A model generated the notes under the pieces. The model saw nothing but the letters and a program-made list of their open reading frames with translations. It ran no database searches and was not told where the DNA came from. Shown here in pieces: positions 49,931-57,823 of a stretch of 64,000 nt of DNA. The stretch's first letter is position 1; each line of letters opens with the position of its first letter. Source of the DNA: an uncultured Chloroflexia bacterium (GTDB taxonomy: Bacteria > Chloroflexota > Limnocylindria > Limnocylindrales > CSP1-4); the NCBI GenBank assembly GCA_963720755.1, contig CAVRGP010000013.1, forward strand, positions 96,001-160,000, in the 5' to 3' direction. The translations under genes were made by a program, and so were the position numbers.

Positions 49931-51590
49931 CGCGCCGCTGGTCAAGGATGTCGGGGAGCCGAAAGAGCTCCACGAGAGCCGCCTGGGTGCCGCCCTGCCC
50001 GTTCTGGACATGCACGCCTATGTGGAGGGATTCGGCCGATCCATCGTCCCGGCCTATCGTCGCGGCGTCGCGGACCTGGAACTGCCGGCCGATGCTGGTC
50101 TGGCCCGCTCCATCATCCCGCCGGGGACCGCTGCGACGCGCGACTTCAGTCGCCTCGCCCCGCGGATCCCGGAGTTCCTGCTCGACAAGTGCGTCGGCTG
50201 CATGGCCTGCGTGGCAGCCTGCCCGGATACGGCGATCCTCGCTCGAGTGGTGCCCGAACCCGAGCTCGACCCGCTGCTCGAGGCCTTCGCCGCGGAGGAA
50301 CCCGACCCCGAGATCGCGATCGCGACCGGTCGAGCCCATTTCGCCTCGACCAGCAAGTACGGCGACGTCCCGGCCCGGCGGAGCCTCGATCGTGGGGCCT
50401 TCGGGATCTTCGTCGATCCCATCCACTGCAAGGGCTGTGCCGAGTGCGTCGAAGTCTGTGCGGCGCTCGGTCACGACGCCCTGATCATGATCGACAAGGT
50501 CGCGGAGGAACCGAGTGGCGAGGGCACCCTCGAGCGGTTCACCCGGGACATGCGCTTCTTCCGGACGCTGCCACCGACTCCCGAGGTCTATCGCAACGAC
50601 AAGGCGCTGGCGGATCTGCTCCTCGGCCAGGATGCCATCGGCTATCTCGGTGGAGCCGGCTCGTGTGCCGGGTGTGGGGAGGCGACCGCGATCCGCCAGA
50701 TGGTCGCCGCGACGAGGCAGGTCCACGGTCCGGCATCGATGGGCATCGTCGCGGCCACCGGCTGCAACACGGTGTATGGCAGCACCTACCCGTTCAATCC
50801 GTACCTCGTGCCCTGGACCAACTCGCTGTTCGAGAACGCGCCCACCGTCGCGATGGGGATCCGCGCCCGCTGGGACCAGGCGGGACATGCCGACCGTCGG
50901 CTGTGGGTGATCGGCGGCGATGGGGCGATGTTCGACATCGGGTTCGGCGCGCTGTCGCGGATGGTCGCGTCCAGGGCGGACATCAACGTCCTCGTGCTCG
51001 ATACCCAGGTCTACTCGAACACCGGCGGACAGGCTTCGTCCGCGTCATACGGCGCGCAGGTCACCAAGTTGTCGGCGTTCGGCGATGCCATCCATGGTCG
51101 AGACGAGCCGCGCAAAGAGCTCGGCCGGGTCCTGATGGCCCATGGCGAGGTGTATGTCGCCCAGTCGACGCCGGCCCACCTGAACCATTTCCTGCGGACG
51201 ATCATGGAGGCCAATTCGTATCCTGGCCCGGCCGTCGTCATCGCCTACACGCCGTGCCAACCCGAGCATGGGATCGCCGATGACGCCTCGTCGCGGCAGT
51301 CCAGGCTGGCCGTCGAATCACGGGCGTTCCCGCTGTTCATCTACGACCCCCGGCGGGGCTCCACCATCGCCGAGCGACTATCGCTCCAGGGCAACCCGGG
51401 GTTGCGATCGGACTGGGCGAGTGCGCCCGACGGGACGGCGATCGACTTCCTGACGTTCGCCCGGACCGAGGGGCGGTTCGCGCCCCATTTCGCGACGGAC
51501 GGCACCCCGACGCCGGAGATCCAGGCGACGCAGGCCGACCGACTCGCCAACTGGCACACGCTCCAGGAGCTGGCCGGAGTGGGGGCCTGA
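49920..51590 (+). CDS. 2-oxoacid:ferredoxin oxidoreductase delta/beta domains (2x4Fe-4S + TPP-binding)
   Basis: CVGCMACVAACP, CKGCAECVEVC, SCAGCGE, ATGC, NSLFEN, GGDG...DIG, YSNTGGQ. Confidence 0.9.
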   Translation: MPDSAPLVKDVGEPKELHESRLGAALPVLDMHAYVEGFGRSIVPAYRRGVADLELPADAGLARSIIPPGTAATRDFSRLAPRIPEFLLDKCVGCMACVAACPDTAILARVVPEPELDPLLEAFAAEEPDPEIAIATGRAHFASTSKYGDVPARRSLDRGAFGIFVDPIHCKGCAECVEVCAALGHDALIMIDKVAEEPSGEGTLERFTRDMRFFRTLPPTPEVYRNDKALADLLLGQDAIGYLGGAGSCAGCGEATAIRQMVAATRQVHGPASMGIVAATGCNTVYGSTYPFNPYLVPWTNSLFENAPTVAMGIRARWDQAGHADRRLWVIGGDGAMFDIGFGALSRMVASRADINVLVLDTQVYSNTGGQASSASYGAQVTKLSAFGDAIHGRDEPRKELGRVLMAHGEVYVAQSTPAHLNHFLRTIMEANSYPGPAVVIAYTPCQPEHGIADDASSRQSRLAVESRAFPLFIYDPRRGSTIAERLSLQGNPGLRSDWASAPDGTAIDFLTFARTEGRFAPHFATDGTPTPEIQATQADRLANWHTLQELAGVGA

Positions 51591-51594
51591 CGCC

Positions 51595-51828
51595 GTGTGC
51601 CTCGGATTCCCGGGTCTCGTCGTTGCGATCGATCCGACTGGCGCGACGATCGAGACGGATGGCCGGCGGCGTCGCGCGAACACGCTCCTGGCACCCGATC
51701 TGCGGGTGGGCGAATGGGTCTTCGTATCCGCCGGCACCGTCATCGAGCGCCTGCCGCCCGATGAGGCGGCCTTCATCCACGACGAATTGGAAGCGGCCCG
51801 TCGATCCGGGCCGGGAGGAACAACGTGA
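51595..51828 (+). CDS. hypC: HypC/HybG hydrogenase chaperone
   Basis: MCLGFPG N-terminus, VGEWVFVSAG. Confidence 0.85.
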   Translation: MCLGFPGLVVAIDPTGATIETDGRRRRANTLLAPDLRVGEWVFVSAGTVIERLPPDEAAFIHDELEAARRSGPGGTT

Positions 51829-52778
51829 CTGACGAACTCGCGGCCAAACCTGGCCGACCGCGCATCCCGATGACCGCCCGTTGGGGTGTCGCCCTGGCCG
51901 TCGTCGTGGCGTTCATCAGCGGCGTGTCGGTGTTCCTGAATGGGTACGCGGTGAAGCAGCTCCCCGATGCCGCGGTCTACACGACGCTCAAGAACGGGTT
52001 TGCCGCGCTCATCCTGCTGGGTGTCGCCGCGTCCGTGGTCCGGATGTCCGAGGTGCGCGCGCTCGATCGACGCGCCTGGACGGGCCTGACCGTCATCGGC
52101 GTCATCGGCGGGAGTGTCCCGTTCCTCCTGTTCTTCAGCGGGCTGGCCCTCGCCAGCGCCCCGTCGGCGGCATTCATCCACAAGACGCTGTTCCTGTGGG
52201 TCGTCATGCTCGCCGTGCCGTTCCTCGGCGAGCGGCTCGGCTGGTTCCCGATCGCGGCCCTCGGCGTGCTTCTGGTCGGCCAGGCCCTGGCGACTCCGCC
52301 GACGGGCATGGTCTGGGGCACGGGTGAGACGTTGATCCTCGCCGCCACCCTGCTGTGGGCGGTGGAAGTCATCCTCGCCCGCCGGCTGCTCCTCCGCGAT
52401 GTGCCCTCGCCGGTCATGGGCGCGGCTCGGCTCGGGATCGGGTTCGTCGTCCTCGTCGGCTATCTCGCCGTGACCGGTCGTCTCACCGTCGTCGCTGGAC
52501 TGACCGCCACACAGTGGGCCTGGGCCATCGGTACCGGCGTCATGCTCGCCGCCTATGTCGGCACGTGGCTGGCTGCCCTCCGACGAGTCGAGGCATCCGT
52601 GGTCGCGAGCATCCTCGTCCTGGGGGCGCCGATCACGGCCGTCCTCCAGGGTGTCGTGAACGGTGTGCTGCCGGCGCCGCCCGTGCTTGTCGGACAGCTC
52701 GCCATCGCCATGGCGGTGGGTGTCATCGCGATCGTGTCCTTCCGGCCCGCCAGGCGGGAACGGGTCGTCGCCGGATGA
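51825..52778 (+). CDS. EamA/DMT family transporter
   Basis: About 10 TM, LFFSGL, FIHKT, PFLGER. Confidence 0.85.
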   Translation: MTDELAAKPGRPRIPMTARWGVALAVVVAFISGVSVFLNGYAVKQLPDAAVYTTLKNGFAALILLGVAASVVRMSEVRALDRRAWTGLTVIGVIGGSVPFLLFFSGLALASAPSAAFIHKTLFLWVVMLAVPFLGERLGWFPIAALGVLLVGQALATPPTGMVWGTGETLILAATLLWAVEVILARRLLLRDVPSPVMGAARLGIGFVVLVGYLAVTGRLTVVAGLTATQWAWAIGTGVMLAAYVGTWLAALRRVEASVVASILVLGAPITAVLQGVVNGVLPAPPVLVGQLAIAMAVGVIAIVSFRPARRERVVAG

Positions 52779-53530
52779 CCCTCACGGTCGGGCCCGTCCC
52801 CGGCCCGGTCCGCTTCGCCCGGTATGCGTACGGACCGAACCGGTTGGGCTACTGCGGTCCCGATGCCGCCGGTGAATTGCTCGGGGAGGCTGCCGAAGGC
52901 GGCGATCTCCGGCGCATCCGCGACCTGGCCAGGGGGTTCGAAGGCGCCTACCCGTACCTCGAGCTGATCGCCCGGTCCAATGGCATCCCGGACCCGCTCG
53001 ATGGCCGGGTGGTGGAGGCCTACTGGCTGGGAAATGACCTGCTTCGGGCGGTCCCAACGGCAGCGTTCGGCCGGTCGGTCGAGGAACGCTTCCGGCCGCG
53101 CGCCCGAAGCACGGCCTGGCGGTGGCTCGCGACCAAGGCACCGGAGGGCGCCCATCCGGTCCATGCGTTCCACGTCCTCGACGTCTTCCCGGTCGTCGGC
53201 TTCCTTCGGGGGGAGGTCACGGGCGACGCCCTCCGGACCATCGATTCCTGCCGGATCCGATGGGGGACCGTCCGCGATCGTCTCGGCCCGAACCTCATCG
53301 TCGACGCCGTCCCGCTCGAGTGGTCGGCCGGCAAGCTGCGGCTCGGTCAACCGCGGCCCGAAACGATCCGCGGCTGGGACGACGGACTCGGCTTCGTCGC
53401 CGACATCGAGCCGGGCGACGTCGTCGCGATCCATTGGGACTGGGCGTGCGAGCGACTCGACGAGCGCCAGTCGGCAGCGCTCCGGGAATGGACGGCGCGA
53501 GAGCTCGTCGTCGCCAACCGGACGATCTAG
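52775..53530 (+). CDS. DUF6390-like hydrogenase-associated protein
   Basis: FARYAYGPNRLGYCGP, VVEAYWLGN, HAFHV, CRIRWG, HypC-like tail PGDVVAIHWDWAC. Confidence 0.75.
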   Translation: MTLTVGPVPGPVRFARYAYGPNRLGYCGPDAAGELLGEAAEGGDLRRIRDLARGFEGAYPYLELIARSNGIPDPLDGRVVEAYWLGNDLLRAVPTAAFGRSVEERFRPRARSTAWRWLATKAPEGAHPVHAFHVLDVFPVVGFLRGEVTGDALRTIDSCRIRWGTVRDRLGPNLIVDAVPLEWSAGKLRLGQPRPETIRGWDDGLGFVADIEPGDVVAIHWDWACERLDERQSAALREWTARELVVANRTI

Positions 53531-54261
53531 GACGCGAGACCGGTCCCTGCGGAACCGGCGGCCCGGCCCACCCCGGCGGCCGCCAGGAGCTGGACGCCCT
53601 GCTCCCAGGTATCCCGACGCTCGGCCATCAATCGCTCCTGCTCGCCACGCAACAGGGTCCACAGCGCTGGATGTTCCCCCCGCAAAGCCGTGGACGCACG
53701 GAACCGACCCATCGCGTCGGCGATGAAGGCGGCGTAGCGGGCGACCGGTTCGGCCGAGGCGAACCGTGCCTCGAAGCCCGCGACGTAGTCCACGGCGATC
53801 ATCAACCGCCCGAAGAAGGCGGCCAGGTCGAGTGCCGCCTCGTCCCAACCTTGTGAGTGGCCGCCGCGTCGGAGGATCGGCGCCGGCGAGACGAGGATGA
53901 CCACGGTCAGGTCGTCGAACCGGGTCACGGTCAAATGGCCACCGAAAGTCACGTACTCATTGGCGACCCCCAGACGATCGACGATGACGACGGTGCCCCA
54001 GGAATAGGTCGTGTCGAGGGGCCGGGTCTGCCGGGTGATCTCGAGGCGGGCGCCGTGCGACCCGCTGCTCACCCAGACGTAGGCGGATTCCGGGTCGAAA
54101 TGCCGAAGGGTCGGGGCGTCGCGGAGACCGATGAGCAGGTACGCGTCACCGTGGCCGTCGGGCAGATCGGCGTGGGCGACGAACCCCCAGTCCGCGAGAC
54201 GACTGGCGGCGACCGCTGGATCGATCGGATCGTGGAGCGTCGGCGCCTTGCTCGCCGCCAT
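53527..54261 (-). CDS. Hypothetical protein
   Basis: About 244 aa, coding-like bias, TGATG coupling to hemerythrin-like gene. Confidence 0.7.
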   Translation of the reverse strand: MAASKAPTLHDPIDPAVAASRLADWGFVAHADLPDGHGDAYLLIGLRDAPTLRHFDPESAYVWVSSGSHGARLEITRQTRPLDTTYSWGTVVIVDRLGVANEYVTFGGHLTVTRFDDLTVVILVSPAPILRRGGHSQGWDEAALDLAAFFGRLMIAVDYVAGFEARFASAEPVARYAAFIADAMGRFRASTALRGEHPALWTLLRGEQERLMAERRDTWEQGVQLLAAAGVGRAAGSAGTGLAS

Positions 54262-54722
54262 CAATGGTCTGCGGCCGTCCCGTCGAGCAAAGGCATGAGC
54301 AGTCGCTCCTCCCGCTCGAGATGGGCGGCGATGACCGCCCGGGTCGCGCTGAGGTGGGCGATGACCTCGACGTTCGTCCGTGGCGTCACGTGCCCGAGCC
54401 AGCGGACCGAATCGGCCTCCAGGGCCGCGATGAGCGCGTCGATCTGGCGATGCTCACAGCGGCTCGACCTCGTTGCCCAGGTCGTCCCGGCCAGTTCGTC
54501 CAGTTGGGGGTACAGCCAGGTGTCCTCCCAGGCCATGTGGGGCCTGAGTTCTCGCTGGAGCCAGCCGAGGGCGGTGTGCAGCCGATGCCACAGCTGATCC
54601 GAGGTCAGGTCGGGCGATTGCTCGATGGTCTCGGCGATATGGGCCAGCCCGAGTGACAGATCGTGATGTTCCAGCGCCGCGAACCGTGCCTCACCGTCTG
54701 CGGCGGCGGTTTGAGCGGTCAT
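54261..54722 (-). CDS. Hemerythrin/HHE-like domain protein
   Basis: EHHDL, HMAWED..LYP, EHRQI, HLEREE..LMP; GGAG SD. Confidence 0.8.
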   Translation of the reverse strand: MTAQTAAADGEARFAALEHHDLSLGLAHIAETIEQSPDLTSDQLWHRLHTALGWLQRELRPHMAWEDTWLYPQLDELAGTTWATRSSRCEHRQIDALIAALEADSVRWLGHVTPRTNVEVIAHLSATRAVIAAHLEREERLLMPLLDGTAADH

Positions 54723-54830
54723 GTCTCCACCTCGATCCCAGTAGGCCGAGCCGCTCGGGGTCGACCACGCCGGCCGCCCGAGTCCCGCTCGCGTATCGCC
54801 AGCATCGGCCGTGCCGGCCACCGGCGAACA

Positions 54831-54924
54831 GGGCCATTCGTCCGCTAGGACGGTGTCGCGCGGCCCCTCGACGATCGGGCGCGACCCGATCGTCGGGTCC
54901 CGACGGCCGCGGGCCCAACGGACC
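54831..54924. promoter_or_regulatory. Divergent promoter with DosR-like boxes and an 11-bp inverted repeat
   Basis: GGGCCATTCGTCCG, GGTCCCGACGGCCG, GGGCCCAACGGACC; CGACGATCGGG-N5-CCCGATCGTCG (54869-54895). Confidence 0.5.
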
Positions 54925-54999
54925 CCGCCGCCGTGACCTGCGGCACTGATGGCGGTGCGGCCCGCCCGTCGATGCTTCAGTCACGCACGAGGTGTACCG

Positions 55000-55413
55000 A
55001 TGGACGAATCCATGAACCTGGTCCTGTTCTCCGGGACCGACGACAAGCTGCAGGCGGCCGCGGTCCTGACGGCGGGCGCTGCGGCGCTCGGCAAGCCGGT
55101 CCACGTCTTCCTCCAGTACTGGGCGCTCGACGCGTTCCGGGCTGACCGGATCGCCGGCGACCACGGGCTTGCGCCGGAGGCCGGAGAAGCCGGTCGTGCC
55201 GCCGTCGACGCACTGGCGCGGGCCGGACAGGCCAGCTGGGCCGACACGTTCCGCCAGGCCAAGGACCTCGGCGGCGTCGACATCCAGGCCTGCTCGCTGT
55301 CCATGGACCTGCTCGAACTCGAACCCACCGATCTCGACCCCCTGGTCGACGGTGTGGAAGGCGTGACCGCCTTCTACCTCGAGGCGGGCGAGGGCCAGGT
55401 CGTCTTCATCTGA
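55000..55413 (+). CDS. DsrE/DsrF/DrsH-like sulfur transferase
   Basis: LVLFSGTDDKL, IQACSLSMD. Confidence 0.82.
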   Translation: MDESMNLVLFSGTDDKLQAAAVLTAGAAALGKPVHVFLQYWALDAFRADRIAGDHGLAPEAGEAGRAAVDALARAGQASWADTFRQAKDLGGVDIQACSLSMDLLELEPTDLDPLVDGVEGVTAFYLEAGEGQVVFI

Positions 55414-55460
55414 TCCACCCACGCCAACCGCCACTGAACCGATAACGGAAGGAGTCTTCG

Positions 55461-55697
55461 ATGCCGACCATGGAGATCAGCCAGACCGTCGACGCACGCG
55501 GGCTGTCGTGCCCGATGCCGATCGTCAAGACGGCGCAGGCCGTGAAGCCACTGCCGTCCGGCGCTCTCGTCGAGCTGCTGGCCACGGATGCCGGATCGGT
55601 CAAGGACGTCGCGGCCTGGTGCCGCTCGACCGAGAACACGATCGTCGAGCAGACGAGCGACGGCGGCGTCTTCCGCTTCGTCATCCGCCGGAAGTGA
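55461..55697 (+). CDS. tusA: TusA/SirA family sulfur carrier
   Basis: VDARGLSCPMP, ATDAGSVKD. Confidence 0.9.
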   Translation: MPTMEISQTVDARGLSCPMPIVKTAQAVKPLPSGALVELLATDAGSVKDVAAWCRSTENTIVEQTSDGGVFRFVIRRK

Positions 55698-55704
55698 GGC
55701 CGTC

Positions 55705-56298
55705 ATGACCACCGAGACCCTCGCACCATTCGATCCCCTCGCCGACGCCATCGCCGCCGCCGACGGCCAGCCCGAACTCGACGGCCAGCCGGATCCGCTT
55801 CCCGCGATGGACGGTGAGGTCAAGACCCGCGACCTGCTGATCATCGATTACAGCGGCGACCTCGAGAAGGTCTGGGCCACGATGATCCTCGCCTCGACGA
55901 GCGCCGCGATGGGCGTCAAGACCCGCGTCTTCGTGACGTTCTGGGGCCTCCAGGTGTTCGTCAAGGACTCCAGGCGGATCACCGGCGAGAACTGGATGCA
56001 GCGGATGATGTCCGCGATGCAACGACCCGGGATCAGCCATCGGAAGCTCTCGAAGATGAACTTCTTCGGGATGGGTCCCTGGATGATGGGCCGCCTGGCC
56101 AAGCAGTACGGCGTCGCCAGCCCGAAGGAGCTGCTCGAGGCCGCTCAGGCGATGGGCGTCGAGTTCATCCCGTGCCAGATGACCATGGACATGTTCGGCC
56201 TCAAGCCGGAGGACATGATCGAGGGCATGGCTGAGCCGGCTGGTGCCGCGACCGTCATCGGCCTGATGACCGAGAACTCCACCCCGCTGTTCATCTAG
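55705..56298 (+). CDS. DsrE2-like sulfur transferase
   Basis: SGDLEK, FVTFWGL, LSKMNFFGMG, PCQMTMD. Confidence 0.88.
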   Translation: MTTETLAPFDPLADAIAAADGQPELDGQPDPLPAMDGEVKTRDLLIIDYSGDLEKVWATMILASTSAAMGVKTRVFVTFWGLQVFVKDSRRITGENWMQRMMSAMQRPGISHRKLSKMNFFGMGPWMMGRLAKQYGVASPKELLEAAQAMGVEFIPCQMTMDMFGLKPEDMIEGMAEPAGAATVIGLMTENSTPLFI

Positions 56299-56336
56299 AC
56301 ACGACACGACACGACCGAAGGAAGGGAACGACCGCT

Positions 56337-56582
56337 ATGACCGACACGGCTGTCACCATCACGCGGGTCGTCGACGCACGCGGGAGCTATTGCCCCGGGC
56401 CGTTGATGGAACTCATCCGCACCATCCGCGAGGCGCAGGTCGGCGACGTGATCGCCGTCTACTCGTCGGACAAGGGATCCAAGACGGACATCCCGAAGTG
56501 GGTCGAGAAAGCCGGACACCGGCTCGTCTCACTCGAAGCCCGAGATGGCTACGACGAGATCGTGGTCGAGAAGCTCCGGTAG
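56337..56582 (+). CDS. Second TusA family sulfur carrier
   Basis: VDARGSYCPGP, SSDKGSKTDIPKW. Confidence 0.88.
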   Translation: MTDTAVTITRVVDARGSYCPGPLMELIRTIREAQVGDVIAVYSSDKGSKTDIPKWVEKAGHRLVSLEARDGYDEIVVEKLR

Positions 56583-56589
56583 GGCGCCG

Positions 56590-57747
56590 ATGCGACGGAT
56601 CCTCATCCTGGGTGGGGGTGTGGGGGGCACCCTCACCGCCAATCTGCTGATCAAGAAGCTCCGAGCTCAGGTCGACCGCGGCGATGTCGAGATCATGGTC
56701 GTCGACGCGACCGGACAGCATGTCTACCAGCCCGGCTTCATGTACATCGCGATGGGCGGCGAGCAGGCGAAGAACCTCAAACGTCCGGAGCGATCCCTGC
56801 TCGACAAGCGTGTGCGGCTCGTCGTGGGCCAGGTGGCCAACGTCGATGAGGCCCGCCAGGTCGTGGCGTTGACCGATGGCCTGGAACTCGGCTATGACCA
56901 GCTCGTCCTGGCAACCGGCTCGCGCATCGTGCCTGAGGCGATCGAACATTTCGATACCGAGGCCCACCACTTCTACACGGCCGAGGCCGCGGCGAAGCTG
57001 CGGACGGCCCTCGACACGTTCGATGGCGGCCGGATCGTCGTCGGCATCGCCGGGATGCCGTACAAGTGCCCACCGGCGCCGCTCGAAGTCTCCTTCCTGA
57101 TCGAAGCGGAGCTTCGGGGCCGCGGCTTGCGTGAGCGGACCACGATGGACTACTGCTCGCCGATCGGTCGCGCGTTCACGATCGAATCCGTGTCCGAGAT
57201 GGCGACCCCGATCCTGGAGCAGAAGGGGATCGAGCTCCACACATTCTTCAACGTCGAGGCCATCGACCCCGAACGGAAGGTCGTCATGAGCCTCGAGGGC
57301 GAGGAGCTGCCGTATGACCTCCTGATCCTCGTGCCGCCGCACAAAGGCCAGCAGTTCCTCATGGACTCGGGGATGGCCCCGGCTCCCGGCGGCTGGCTCC
57401 CGACCGACCGCCACACCCTGCTCGTCGGCGATCGAAAGAACGTCTACGCCCTCGGTGATGCGACCGACCTGCCGCTGTCGAAGGCGGGGTCCACGGCGCA
57501 TTTCGAAGCGCCGGTGGTCGCCGAGCGCGTCTCGGCCGCCATCCTGGGCCAGGCACCCGAAGGGAAGCACGCCGACTACCAGGGCAAGGTGATGTGCTTC
57601 TTCGAGATCGGGGACGGGAAAGGGACTCTGCTCCAGTTCGACTACGACCACCCGCCCAAGCCGCCGAAGCCGAACCAACTCTGGCACCTCGGGAAGATCG
57701 TCTTCAACAAGACGTACTGGCACACGGTGCCGAAGGGTCGGGTCTGA
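56590..57747 (+). CDS. Sulfide:quinone oxidoreductase-like flavoprotein
   Basis: ILGGGVGG, HVYQPG, YKCPPAPLE, YALGDAT...KAG, VMCFFE (two redox Cys). Confidence 0.85.
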   Translation: MRRILILGGGVGGTLTANLLIKKLRAQVDRGDVEIMVVDATGQHVYQPGFMYIAMGGEQAKNLKRPERSLLDKRVRLVVGQVANVDEARQVVALTDGLELGYDQLVLATGSRIVPEAIEHFDTEAHHFYTAEAAAKLRTALDTFDGGRIVVGIAGMPYKCPPAPLEVSFLIEAELRGRGLRERTTMDYCSPIGRAFTIESVSEMATPILEQKGIELHTFFNVEAIDPERKVVMSLEGEELPYDLLILVPPHKGQQFLMDSGMAPAPGGWLPTDRHTLLVGDRKNVYALGDATDLPLSKAGSTAHFEAPVVAERVSAAILGQAPEGKHADYQGKVMCFFEIGDGKGTLLQFDYDHPPKPPKPNQLWHLGKIVFNKTYWHTVPKGRV

Positions 57748-57823
57748 GCCGAGACCCGACCATCTCGGGCCCCCGACCCGGCCCCTTCCCCGGGCCGGGG
57801 GTCTCGTCCGTTACGATGCGGTC

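Noticed and set aside
57751-57804. Intrinsic terminator after the SQR-like gene
   Set aside because: GC hairpins present but no U-tract; not supported enough to call
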